DNA from: Azolla caroliniana
Lineage: Eukaryota; Plantae; Polypodiophyta
NCBI GenBank assembly: GCA_043228905.1
Contig: JBHGNT010000022.1
Location: 9,424,001-9,488,000, forward strand
DNA length: 64,000 nt
Direction: 5' to 3'
Below the pieces are notes generated by a model, which saw only the letters and a program-made list of their open reading frames with translations, made no database searches and was not told the origin of the DNA. The translations under genes and the position numbers were made by a program. Shown here one piece after another: positions 35,455-47,701 of the stretch. Position 1 is the stretch's first letter; the number at the start of each line of letters is the position of its first letter.

Positions 35455-38400
35455 TCCATATTTCCTGAGGTATTTGAAGTCTTAGAGGTTTACTTGGTGA
35501 TATATTTATTATGTGTACTGCCGTAAGTAGAGCCTCCGCCCAAAAGCCATCCGACAGTCCGGAGTGTTGGAGCATGCATACTATGCGTTCTTGAATCGTT
35601 TGATTCATGAGTTCAGCAATTCCATTTTGCTCCGGACTATAGGGTGCCGTATATTCACGTCGAATGTCGCATTCCCGGAAAAATTTGACAAATTCTTCAG
35701 ACTTGAATTCTCCTACGTTGTCGGTTCAGAGACATTTCAGTTTCCGAACGATCTGATTTTCGACCATTGCAAGCCATTCAGAGAAGATCGAGAACACCCG
35801 ATCTTTGGTTCTTATGGGGTAAGCCCACACCTTTCGAGTCGAGTTGTCAATAAAACTGACGAAGTACGAAGCACCACCGAGAGATTGATGTGGCATCGGG
35901 CCACAAACGTCCGAGAGGACCAAATCGAGGGGACTCCATTCTCTTGGTGCTAATGTCGGGTGTGATGCGGCTATCTATTTGCTGTACTGGCAATGCTCGC
36001 AGAATTGGTGATCCGAGAAGGAGAGTTTGGGGATGTAACCGGCTTTGGATAGGTGCGTATATGTCGGCCTTGTTGAGGTGTCCAAGTCGTCCGTGCCATA
36101 ATGATGACACGGGGATATCAACCAAAAATAAGTCACCCTCTTTCAATGTGACATATAAAGGGTACAAGGAATGTACCTTTGGTCCTCGAGCAAGCAGGAC
36201 GTTCCCTTTGTGGAGTGTCCACCCTCCTGATGAGAATCTGGCACGGATGCCAGTTTCGTCAAGCTGTCCGACTGAGATCAAGGGTCTTGAGAGGTCAAGA
36301 ACGTGTCGGACATTGTGTAGTACGATTCTAGAGCCACCCGGAAGGTTGAACTCTACGGTGTTGATTCCGATTATAGCACAGTGCTGTGAATTTCCGACTC
36401 GAACTGAGTTGGAATGCCGGTCCGAGTATTGCTGAAACTGAGACTGGTGAGGTGTCACATGATACGATGCGCCCGAGTCCAGGAGCCATGTGCTCGATTC
36501 CTCAGTCGTAAGCAAAACTTCTGATTTGACTGGGTTCTCTATGGACAGCAAGTTTGGGTTAGTCGTCAAAATTTCGGTTGAAGAGCCGACGTAGTTGACC
36601 TCCTCATGCCGACTACTCTTTTGATCCGCTCTCTGAGCTTTGTCGATTTTTTCTTTGAGTGCCCGACAGTCGGCTTTCATGTGTCCCGGTTTCTTGCAGT
36701 AGTTGCCAATTCGATTGTCCCGGGACTTGCTCCAGCTTCGCTGATTGTTCGGCGGTCGGGAAGAACTTCTTCCCCGGTTGTTCGATCGGTCGGTCGAACC
36801 TTGTACTACGTAAGCTTCATCTGCCGAGTCTTTGGCGAAAGACTTTCTCCGAGTTGCTTCAGTCAGGATTGCGCTCGTGACTTCGGAGTACTTAACGACA
36901 GTTGTTGAAGCATTGCACATAGTTGTAACGAAAGTTTCCCATGAAGAGGGTAGACTACTCATGAGTATCATTGCTCTAAGTTCATCCTCGATTGCCGTCC
37001 CCTGAGACGAGATTTGGGAGCTTATGCTTTCATACTCGTTGAGGTGTGCCTGAACCGAATCGGATTCTTTCATCCGCAAGTTGTAGAGGCGCTGGATCAG
37101 ATACATATTTCTTGCAGCGACCTTCTTTTCATAAGTTTCCGACAATGTTTTCGATAGTTCAAAAGCTGTCGAGCACGATTGCATTGTGAAGTACACTGAC
37201 TCCAACAAGTGCATCCGAATCGTGGCGTGGACAATTCTGTCCAGCTTTAGCCACTAGTTTGCCTTGTATGCTTCTGGAGGATTTTCATTCTCAATCGGGT
37301 CTATCTGACCCTTGACTATGAGATAGTCCTTCATTTGTTCCTTCCAGAAGTTGAAGTTCAAACTATCGAACCTCCTTAGACTCATCTCCGATGAGCCGGA
37401 TGTTGATGCCATCTGCTTCGGTTTCGGTTGGTAAGACTCGGTTCGGAGTTGACTACGAACCTTAGTGGGGTGCAGCCGGTTGGCTCACCCGATGTCGTTC
37501 TACTCGATTTTGAACCCAAGTCGGTTTGGTTTCGGATACTTGTTGTTGAACTTGCTCGGAGTGACTCCGTTAACTTGAGGGACAGAACCGGCTGGTCTTC
37601 CCGAATGTTGTCAAGTCGGAGTGAGCCCGATTAGCTTCCAATTGTAAGCCGAATGACGATTACAAGAAATCGATTGTTTGGGACGATTCTGCTTCGGATT
37701 ACTGCAACGATGAGAGGGACAAATCCAACTGATCCTCCCGAATGTCGATCAGCCAAATGAAGCATGAATTTGGTTGTTGCCAGGAGACCAATCTACAGCA
37801 GGTGGTTACAACAAGCGAGTGAATAGCGTCCGGTGACCTATTCGGATGTCGTTTAACCGAATGAAGCACGATTGCATCGATTGTTGCACAACGAGCTCCC
37901 TCAAGCGGTTACAATCACAGGAACAGAGTACAACCGGCTGGCTTACTCCAATTTGTGATTTAACACAGTGAGATGTGAGCTTTTTGTTTTTCTTCTCCCT
38001 TCTCTGTTCTTCAAAGAAAACGAAAGCAAAATGTTGTGTGGTGTACTAAGATGGTCGGCAGTGGGTTGAAGAACCTCCAACGCTCTGATACCAAATGTTG
38101 GGGACAAGGCCGTCAATGCGGAAGTGCAAGCAACATTCATGATGAAGAAGAACCTGTGTATGAGATTGAACAAGATACAGAGAGAGAGAGAGAGAGAGAG
38201 AGAGGTACAAAGCAATACGTTATATTTCTTAATAGCAACAGTTACAAAATAACAACCAACCTTTTCTAAAGGTTACAAAGTCACTTTATATAGTGACTAT
38301 CCTAGGGCAACTGCCCTTTATGCTATTTACAAAAATAGCCCAAACTTGGACTGTCCAAAGGGACAGTGTGAATACGGCCATTATACACTCGTATTCGACA
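35455..38400 (-). mobile_element. Copia element 'K', 3'-truncated (LTR 38096-38400, PBS, long leader, gag-PR-INT)
   Basis: PBS TGGTATCAGAGCG at 38081-38093; ORF 35847..37214 (WLLDSGAS, LWHGRLGH); integrase SDVCGP, FWAEA. Confidence 0.9.
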
Positions 38401-39469
38401 CTCTTCCCTTCTATCCCATCCTCATTACATCAACATGAAGTCCAAGTTACAAAAATTGTGAGCAAAAGTAGTTGAAGAGGTAAAAGTAGTATTTATACAT
38501 AAGCCAAAGACGTTGTAAGGGGCCCAACTATCTTGTTTTAGTTTATCAAACCATGTAATGTCTTCAAACACCATGAAGAGAACACGGTCATGAAAGAGTT
38601 AATCCTCAAACATGGGACAAAACCCAAAAATCCAAACAATCTTAAAATAGATGAACAAAAATTAGATCGATCCATTTACATCCGAAGTAAAATCCTTACC
38701 ATGCAAAAAGGAAACACATATGGAATCTTTCATAAACACCTTTCGATCTATTAGCATTGGCATATCTATTGTGGGACCCCCACAACTAATGCAACATGAA
38801 ATATTAACAATTGTATGTATATAAGACTTTCTTCTTATAATATAGTTGTACATAACACTTTCTTGTATAATTGGGGTACATAAAACCTTTATATCTTACA
38901 TATTGATATGCATATTGCATGTTTTTAGATTATTGGCATCTATAGTGGCACTTTATATTACTTATGTGCTCTTTTGGTCGTAGATATTAATGGTGTGGAT
39001 AACACTTTCATATTGAATGGTGTATACAACATTGTAAGAACCAGAGCTAAGGTGATGATTGTGTCCTTTTTCCTAATTGAGGGTGGGCACATGTGTAAGA
39101 TGTGTGTAAATAACAAACTTTAGGAGCGAATCTTATTATTGTGCCCTTTTCAAGGTTGTTAGTAACATGTGGATATATAACACTTTATTGTACCCTTTTT
39201 CCGCGTTTGTGGAGGGTCACCATTTATAATGGTGTCGTTATTACTACAACACGATGGCCATGGATTTAACACATGGTTGTTACATGTTCAATAATAGTAT
39301 CAGTATGAAACCCAAATCTTCGAAACAACAAAATATGATGTTGTTGTGGTCGAGAGTCCCAACTCCCATGTTTTTAAATGACAACCCTTCCGAATCTTTT
39401 TGTTATTATTTAACTCAAATGTGTTGTGATTTCATTGTCATCTCTTGGTCATCTTTCAAAGTCCTCACC

Positions 39470-39504
<35 letters not shown>

Positions 39505-39843
39505 GAATCTCTAGGAATCGGCAACGGTTCACTTTCGGCTTAATAAGTTTGGCCTTGTGCAAACTAACCTGGGTAAGCCTTAACTGGTTTAGCCAATAAG
39601 TTTGGACTTGTCCAAACCAACCAAAGTAAGCCTTAACTGGTTCGTAGGCCCAATTTGGCTCCGTGTAGGCTTGAGCCTTCCCAAACCGAGCTCAAACTAG
39701 TTTACGAAGCTCAAGCCCGAACCGAACCGCAAAACCGTTGGCTTGAACCACGGAGCTTGTGTTTGCCCATTCCAAGAAATAGGAAGCTCCTCTCCCTCCT
39801 CATTTTGGCCTCTTCCCTTCTATCCCATCCTCATTACATCAAC

Positions 39844-42671
39844 ATGGGATTATCTCACCTCTTCCATCATCCTCACAACACCATCTCTCACAATTATGTC
39901 GCAGACCCTCATCATTCCGCCATTGTTCTCGATCAGTTCCTCGGTCTCATCTCTGCGAAAGATGCAGTTGGATCAATACCAGATGATTCTTCTTCTTCTT
40001 CTTCTTCTTCTTCTTCTTCTTCTTCTTCTTCTTCTTCTTCTTCTTCTGATTTTGGTGGAGTAGGCGGAGACTTGCGGCATTCTTCTTTTGCCATCACCGA
40101 GCCCGCGATGGACGATGAAATCACGGGAGAGAAAGAAGCTCACATGGCGTCGATTCTCGCCACATATCGCGAAACGCTTGTGGAGCGCACCAAATATCAG
40201 ATCGGTATGAATGTCTCTGCATAATTAATTGTACACAGAACTTTAGAAAGCAATCCGCTTCTAGGCCATTTAATATACACAGGATTGACTAAACCCGGCT
40301 ATGGCGTTATGATGGCAGGTTATCCTAGCAATATGAAATCTGATTATGGAGCATTGTCGCAGCTGCAGCACTTCTACACCGACCATTTCAGTAGTACATT
40401 CACGGACAGCAGCAGCAGCAGCCATGGCTTCCATTTGAAGAAATTCGAGGCCGAAGTGTTGGACTGGTTTGCTCGGCTTTGGGGAATCGGAAAGGAAGAT
40501 TACTGGGGATATATCACATCCAGCGGTACAGAGGGGAACCTCCATGGCATACTCCTCGGGTAATCATATATCCACATCTACCTCTCCCCTTCCATCTGTT
40601 TATGCTTAATGATGCTTAATTATGGTTGATTGTGCTTAATTGTGCTTAACTCTGGCTTAATCATTGGAATGTTTGGATGGATTTAATCGACAGGAGGGAG
40701 GCATATCCAGATGGTGTCCTTTATGCTTCCAAGGAATGTCACTACTCCATATTCAAGGCCGCTAGAATGTATAGGATGGAGCTTGTGAAATTGGAGAGTC
40801 TGGTATCAGGTGCAATGGATTGCTCGGATTTGAAGGCTCAGCTGCAACAGAGGAAACACAGAGCTGCAATAATCGTAGTGAACATTGGTATTAAAGCAAA
40901 CTCTCTCTTTGTTTTGCATGGATGATGATGATGATCTTTGTGCTCTTGTCATGTACCTACCATATGTACATACTTTTTTGGTATATATATATAGATAGAT
41001 AGATAGATGCCTATTATGCCACAAATGAAGAATGCATGTCTCAGATTTTTTTGTTGGAGGAAGGAGATCTTTGATTGTACAATTGATTTAAAATGCAGGC
41101 ACAACTGTGAAAGGAGCCGTGGATGATTTAGACCTAGTGATCAAGACATTGTCGGAGACGGGTTTCACCGAGGATCGATTCTACATTCATTGTGACGGAG
41201 CCCTCTTCGGTTTTATGATGCCTTTTGTGGACAAGGTACATACAAGTCTATGCTTTTGGTGCTATGTCCATATTTTTTCGATTCTATATTCATTGCGATG
41301 TAGTCCTCTTCGGATTTATGATGCCTTTTGTAGAGAAGGTACATACAAGTCTATGCTTTTGGTGCTATGTCCATATTTTTTTGTCACTTCTATGCTTTTG
41401 GCCAATGTACATATTTTTTAATAACTAATGGAAGGAGTCTTCTTTTTCTTCTTTTTTGGAAAAAAGTACATGTTTTTTATGTTTTTTAATAGCTAATAGA
41501 AGGTGTAAAGGTTGAGACACGGAAATTAAAGGAGATAAGCTATATTCATTTAGGAAAATACCCAGACTAGTACTTATGGAATGATAGCTAATAGTTATTG
41601 AAAACAAGAGCACATTTCCACTTCCCAAAATGGGAGGCCCACTTTTCCAGGAAGATGAGGTTTATTAAATAACCTACCTAAGAATGACGAATAGGGATGG
41701 CTTCATGACTGAAACGATTCCTCTTCTTTTATATTCATATTAATGAACGATTTCTTTATTTTAACCGTGTCATAACACGAGTAGTACTTATTTGGAAAAA
41801 AAGTACTTATTTTTTATCACTTCTTTGCTTTTAGGCAATGTACATATTTTTATTTGATCACTTCTATGCTTCTTGGCAACGTACATATTTTTTTATCATT
41901 TCTATGCTTTTCGTTAATGTACATATTTCTTATCACTTCTATGCTTTTCAGCAATATACATATTTTTTTATCACTTATATGCTTTTGAGCAATGTACATA
42001 TTGATATCAAGCATACTTGTTAGCATTGTTCTGATTAAGATATCTCATTTGTAATTTAGGCTCCAAAGGTGACCTTCAAGAAGCCTATCAGTAGCATGAG
42101 TGTCTCCGGACATAAATTTATCGGGTGCCCTATACCATGTGGTGTTCAAATCACTAGAAAGAAACTCATAAATTATGAGCTCTCGAGCAATGTTGAACAA
42201 TCTTGTGCATCGACATCATCGGATACAACTATATTGGGAAGCAGGAATATCCATGCGCCCTTATTCATGTGGTACACACTGAATCGAAAGGGCTACGGAG
42301 GCTTCCAGAAAGACGTCCGGCGTTGCCTTCGCAATGCTCGTTATCTCAAGGATCGGTTGCGAGAGGCAGGGTTTGGTGCTATGCTTAATGAGCTTAGCAC
42401 TACTGTGGTGTTCGAAAGGCCTCCCAATGACTCTTTCGTTCGCAAATGGCAACTCGCTTGCCAGGGAAATGTCGCGCACGCAATTGTGATGCCTAGTGTC
42501 ACGGTAAACAAGTTGGATGCCTTCGTCGAAGACTTGGTTCAGAATAGATCCGCTTGCCTCATTGGTGCCCAAGTTGTTGCTCCGTGTGTTGCTAAGGAGA
42601 TTGGCAATGAGAATTGCGCTCATTGTAGTCGGACCCATAAGACCGAAACGGTTCTCAAATGTAAAACATAA
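39844..42671 (+). CDS. SDC-like: Serine decarboxylase-like group II PLP-dependent enzyme, ~514 aa; exons 39844-40204, 40319-40559, 40694-40887, 41099-41235, 42060-42671
   Basis: GT-AG introns join in frame (1545 nt). Family motifs [66 protein letters not shown] (PLP Lys) and WQLACQG. Confidence 0.93.
41177..41385 (+). repeat. ~103-bp tandem duplication of the exon-4 3' end and splice donor; degenerate ~38-bp repeats follow in intron 4
   Basis: TTATGATGCCTTTTGT...AAGGTACATACAAGTCTATGCTTTTGGTGCTATGTCC occurs twice. Confidence 0.85.
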
Positions 42672-43341
42672 GAGAGTGGCTTCATGTAATGAAGAAGCCC
42701 TTAGTAACCGTTTTTATCATTATTATCCAGAAACTCAAAAACTTTAAACTTCTTGTTGGGTTTTCCTTTCAAATACCGTGGTTTCCGAACATTTTGCAAC
42801 CTCTACATATATAGAGCAACCTTTAATTTATGGGTTCCTCAACTTCTTTCCTCTTCCATTGAGATCCTTTGAGTTGGAGCTCATGGTATCAATAACCGTA
42901 GAGGAGGGATTAATCCATCTACTTAAAGTGACTTGGGATGAGTTTGATTGTATATATGAATAAGTAGTTAATAGATCTTTGTTATATTTACGGTATCAAA
43001 GTACACATTTAAGAGCTCATTGCAATGGAATAGGCATTCTGCAAATGCCAAAACGAGTCACTAACATACCATCACTTACGAACGCATTTTGCTGCCAACT
43101 TGTTAAGCGGCACACGTATAACATCATACAATTGTTGTGGAAGGAGGTGCTCTTAAATGGCTAACTTATTGTCTAGAAATAGTGATCTCCCTCTCTCATT
43201 CTTTCTCTCATGCATACATCTAAGTTCCTTCTTTTCGTGATTAGTGCATGTACAAAATACTCAACTTCGCTTGATGAGGGCCCTCAAGCAATTTCGCTAC
43301 AATGCAAGCAAGCCATCATCACTCTACCATCATTACTCTAC

Positions 43342-43594
43342 TGTTAGGATATATAATATAAATATCTATAGGTGAGGTTACACATAATAAAATATTACCT
43401 CACTTACAACTTATTTTGTAACTTAAATATTTAAATAGTTTTTGTATGTTTCTATATAAAGTTTTCTCACTAGGATAATGAAATATATAGAGAGTTTTCT
43501 TGTGTCAACCTTGTCTCTCCATCTCTGTCAATCTCTCATTCTCCCTTTGTCCTTGTGTGTTATTGCTTCTTTTCCCCTTACATGGTATTAGAGC
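43342..43594 (+). mobile_element. Short LTR remnant with Met-type PBS
   Basis: TGTTAG...CCTTACA followed by TGGTATTAGAGC. Confidence 0.55.
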
Positions 43595-44296
43595 TTCTTT
43601 AAGGCACAACAAGCAAAAGACAATACCACACATTATCTTGGATTGATCCGGAGAATCCAAACATGTACTCTGAGGAAGAAGTGGAACATTTATCTTCATT
43701 TAGATCCAATGAAGCACAAAATTAGAATCTCCTGTCATTCACATCCAATAATATTACAAGAAAGTATTCAGTATACAAACTTACAAATCACAACTACCGG
43801 ATATGGAAGAAAATGATGGAGCTAATCCTAGAAAAAGCTGATATGAATATGGCAGAGATAAACAGTAAATTCAGATCTGAATTTCAAACACAAGAAAAAC
43901 AGATACACACGATTTACGTGGAAAACCCTGAATCCAAGGAAAAACCACAGGGCAGAACAACTTCCACTATGAGAAAAGAAAATACAAAGCATATGACCAT
44001 AGAACCTGTTTAGGTGATGTGTTAATAATTAGATAATTAACTAGGGTTAATTAGTGACTAATTATGTGAGTAGTTAAGCAGTGGAAGATTATGTGATATG
44101 TGTGCGTATGTGTGTGAGAGGAAGAGAGAGAGGAAGATACAGTTATGAATAATAATATAAATGGGGGATGATTAACGAGTGTATATTAAAAGGCATCATC
44201 AAATACAAAAATACCCACAATGAGGTATATATACATCTCATGTGCAAAGGTACCCATGTGTGAGTAGAATATAGGTACAAAGGTGTAAGTCCTATA

Positions 44297-45084
44297 CAAG
44301 GTTGTTAGGTACGTTAGGTACGGTACGGATACCATACATATATAACATATTAATACGCGTATAGTACCTCCCAATTTACGTAATAATAGTACATTAAATA
44401 CTTCTAGAATTTGAAAATTATTTACCTTTCGAAAAAATATCTATAATATTGTAAAAAACATCTATGTTTACACAATTTTGTGATGTACAATATAGTTCTA
44501 CATCCTAAAATGCATATAAGACATTTGAACATTTCATATCTTAAAATACGTGTAGTAATATGGATGTCGACATTCCCTTATTCTATAAATCTGTGTAAGT
44601 GTGTATCATGATGTTCTACTTCAAATTGTAATCATTTACAATTATGCCTTCATAGATTGAGGAATCGTCTACGATTATCACACTCATGATAGGTTTCTCG
44701 TTTCTTCCTCTTCTTCTTCTTCTTCTATCTTCTACGATTATCACACTCAAAGTCAGGACAAGTTTATGTCTTCTTTTCTCTCTTCTTCTTCTTCTTCTTC
44801 TGCTTCTTATTCTTCATCTTCGTCTCTTCTATTCTTCTTTCTTCCTTCCTTTGGCTTCTTTTTCACTAAAATCCTTTTTTTTCTTTTGCTTTTTGTTGGG
44901 GTTTTACTTACATTTTCTTTATAAATACGTATTATACATGTTTTTTTTATAAATACGTTAAATACCATATTGGACAAATGTACATGATATTTGACTGAAC
45001 AACATTGAGGTATAGTATGTACTATACAAATTATGAGGTACTATACGTATTTAAACGTTAAATACGGGTACATAAACAACCATG
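44297..45084. mobile_element. Non-autonomous hAT-type DNA transposon, copy 1
   Basis: Termini CAAGGTTGTT / AACAACCATG; perfect 8-bp TSD GTCCTATA. Confidence 0.88.
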
Positions 45085-45239
45085 GTCCTATATTAAATGA
45101 ACATGGGAGTGGAGGATCTACAATGTATCCTATTTAAGGCTTTAAGGTCAACACACTAACTAGATTCTATATAGGTAACCACTAAGTTACCTATGTTGAC
45201 TAACTAACTATATCTAGTTGTGTTTCTCATGCATCATGG

Positions 45240-47345
45240 CGTGTGCTACCTCGAGTATTTGCCGATTCTTCCTTTCGGCTACTCCATTTTGTTGGAGTGT
45301 GTGTTGGCATGAGAATTCTCTCTAAATGCCTTCACCTTAGAGGTAGGTGATGAATTCGTCAGAGAAGTACTCCTTGCCTCCATTCGATGTAGGCATCGAA
45401 TGTGCCAACCAGATTCTTTTTCGACTTGGCCCTTGAGCTTTTGGAAGTGGTACACTTGGTACACTTATTTCCAAAGGTCAGAAGTCCGATGGCAACTTGG
45501 TACACTTATTTCGACTCAAAGGTCAGAAGTCTGATGGCAACTCCCTTTGATTGCATAGCTCGAAGCCGTTGGAGATTGATGTGGTTGATCTATTGTGCCA
45601 CAACTCGATGTTCGTCTCGGTTTTGAGACCTTTGGCATACATAGCCGTTTTCACCTCGTTCGAATCGAGAATGAACATTCGACCATCTCTCCGTCCTTAT
45701 GAAGAATCCTTCGTAGTTGAAGAACTTGCATGCCTTGCTCCATGATTTGGCCGAACGAGACCAAATTCATTGTTATTGTAGGCACATGCAATACATTCTT
45801 GATGCAATTGTTTTGGCCGTCGTTGCTGAATGGAACGTTGCTGATGTGCCAAATGGAATGTGTGGTGCCATCTCTGCTCTCTAGGTATCCGTGTCGATCC
45901 GGTGTTCTTAGGTCACGAAACCACTCTTGGTGTGATGTCATATGATGTGAGGCGTAGGAGTCGATGAACCACATGTATTTCAAGTTGGAGGTGCCATGGT
46001 TGTTTACGTACCCATATTTAACGTTTAAATACGTATAGTACCTCATCATTTGTATAGTACGTACTATACCTCAATGTTGTTCAGTCAAATATCATGTACA
46101 TTTGTCCAATACGGTATTTAACATATTTATAAAAAAACAGGTATAATACGTATTTATAAAGAAAATGTAAGTAAAACCCTAACAAAAAGCAAAAGAAAAA
46201 AAAGATTTTAGTGAAAAAGAAGCCAAAGGAAGGAAGAAAAAAGAATAGAAGAGATGATGATGAAGAAGATGAAGAGAGAAAAGAAGACATAAACCTGTCT
46301 TGAGTGTGATAATCGCAGAAGATAGAAGAAGAAGAAGAAGAAGAAAACGAAGAAAAGAGAAACCTATCATGAGTGTGATAATCGTAGACGATTCCTCAAT
46401 CTATGAAGGCATAATTGTAAATAATTACAATTTGAAGTAGAACATCGTGATACACACTTACACTGATTTATAGAATACGGGAATGTCGACATCCATATTA
46501 CGACAAGTATTTTAGGATGTGAAATGTTCAAATGTCTTATATGCATTTTTGGATGCAGAACTATATTGTACATCACAAAATTGTGTAAACATAGATGTTT
46601 TTTACAATATTATAGATATTTTTTAGAAAGGTAAATAATTTTCAAATTCTAGAAGTATTTAACGTACTATACGTAAAATACGTATTTTACGTACTTTATG
46701 TAGTTTATAAGTATTTAACATATTAAAAAAACTTATTTAACGTATTTTTAAATTGGGAGGTACTATACGGGTATTAATACGTTAAATACGTATGGTATCT
46801 GTACCGTACCTAACGTACCTAACAACCTTGAGAGGTGCTTGTGGAGTCGGAGGCCCACCATAGTCATCGTATTCAGAGTTCGCTCTATGCCTCATTATGA
46901 GTAGCCCACCATAGTGGTCGTTTTCAGAGTTGGTGGCATAATTTCTTAGTTGTTGGCTTGTCGAAGCCGACTCACTTCTCCTCTTCGCGGTGGCTGATTT
47001 TTCTGCAATAATTGCAAGTAGCGGGCCTCGTTTGCCGACCTTGTTCAGCATGGAAGCTCCCCCTTCTTTCGAAGGTTCCTCGATGGCTTCCATCTTGTTG
47101 TCGAAGTTTTGAGTTCCCTTCGTGAGATGGGTTGAATCAACCTTGTCCTCGGCCACCATCCGAATTCGAGAAGAACATTTGTCCTCCTGACATCTTGGTC
47201 TTGGTTCGGATGTGGTTCTCTTCAACCAACAACATTGAGTTGAAGGTCGAAGAACGAAGGAGGGTTCTCCCTCACCAAGATTGTTATCCTTAACAAGTTG
47301 AATCGTTGTGCGAGGCTGCCCAAGCATACTTCAACCATCTCGTCT
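45240..47345 (-). pseudogene. Degraded Copia gag-PR-INT fragments (element L), interrupted by hAT copy 2
   Basis: WFIDSYASHHMT protease-like segment; KLKGQVEKESGWHIRCL integrase-like segment. Confidence 0.7.
45995..46830. mobile_element. Non-autonomous hAT-type DNA transposon, copy 2 (inverted relative to copy 1)
   Basis: Reverse complement of copy 1; 8-bp TSD GGAGGTGC/AGAGGTGC (one mismatch). Confidence 0.87.
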
Positions 47346-47360
47346 TCTTCGACAGTTCTT

Positions 47361-47653
47361 CTAGAAGTACCCCGGCTTCCCACAGTAGAAGCAAGTAGAC
47401 CTCTCCCTTGACTTCGACCTCATTCCCAATTTGTCCCGGTTTTGGGGACTCTGATACCGGCCTCTACCCCGGTTGTGGTCATCTTCAGGGACCAAGGCCT
47501 TCAGATCGGTTCCGGACTCCCGATCCTTCCGGAAAGCTTCTTCATCTAGCAAGCTTGATTTTACCCTTGTTGTCAAGAATAGTACTAAAACAGAGAGAGA
47601 ATTAGTACTGGAGAAGGGAAGTACTATTAGTACTAAGAGGATGGGACTGCGTA

Positions 47654-47701
<48 letters not shown>

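Noticed and set aside
39655-39843. N-terminal extension of the SDC-like ORF shown in the ORF track
   Set aside because: It starts at TTG; the first in-frame ATG is 39844, and the region is frameshifted in the duplicate.
44686-44952. Hydrophobic 'membrane protein' ORFs (also 46081-46370, 56227-56502)
   Set aside because: Artefacts of (CTT)n pyrimidine tracts within transposons.
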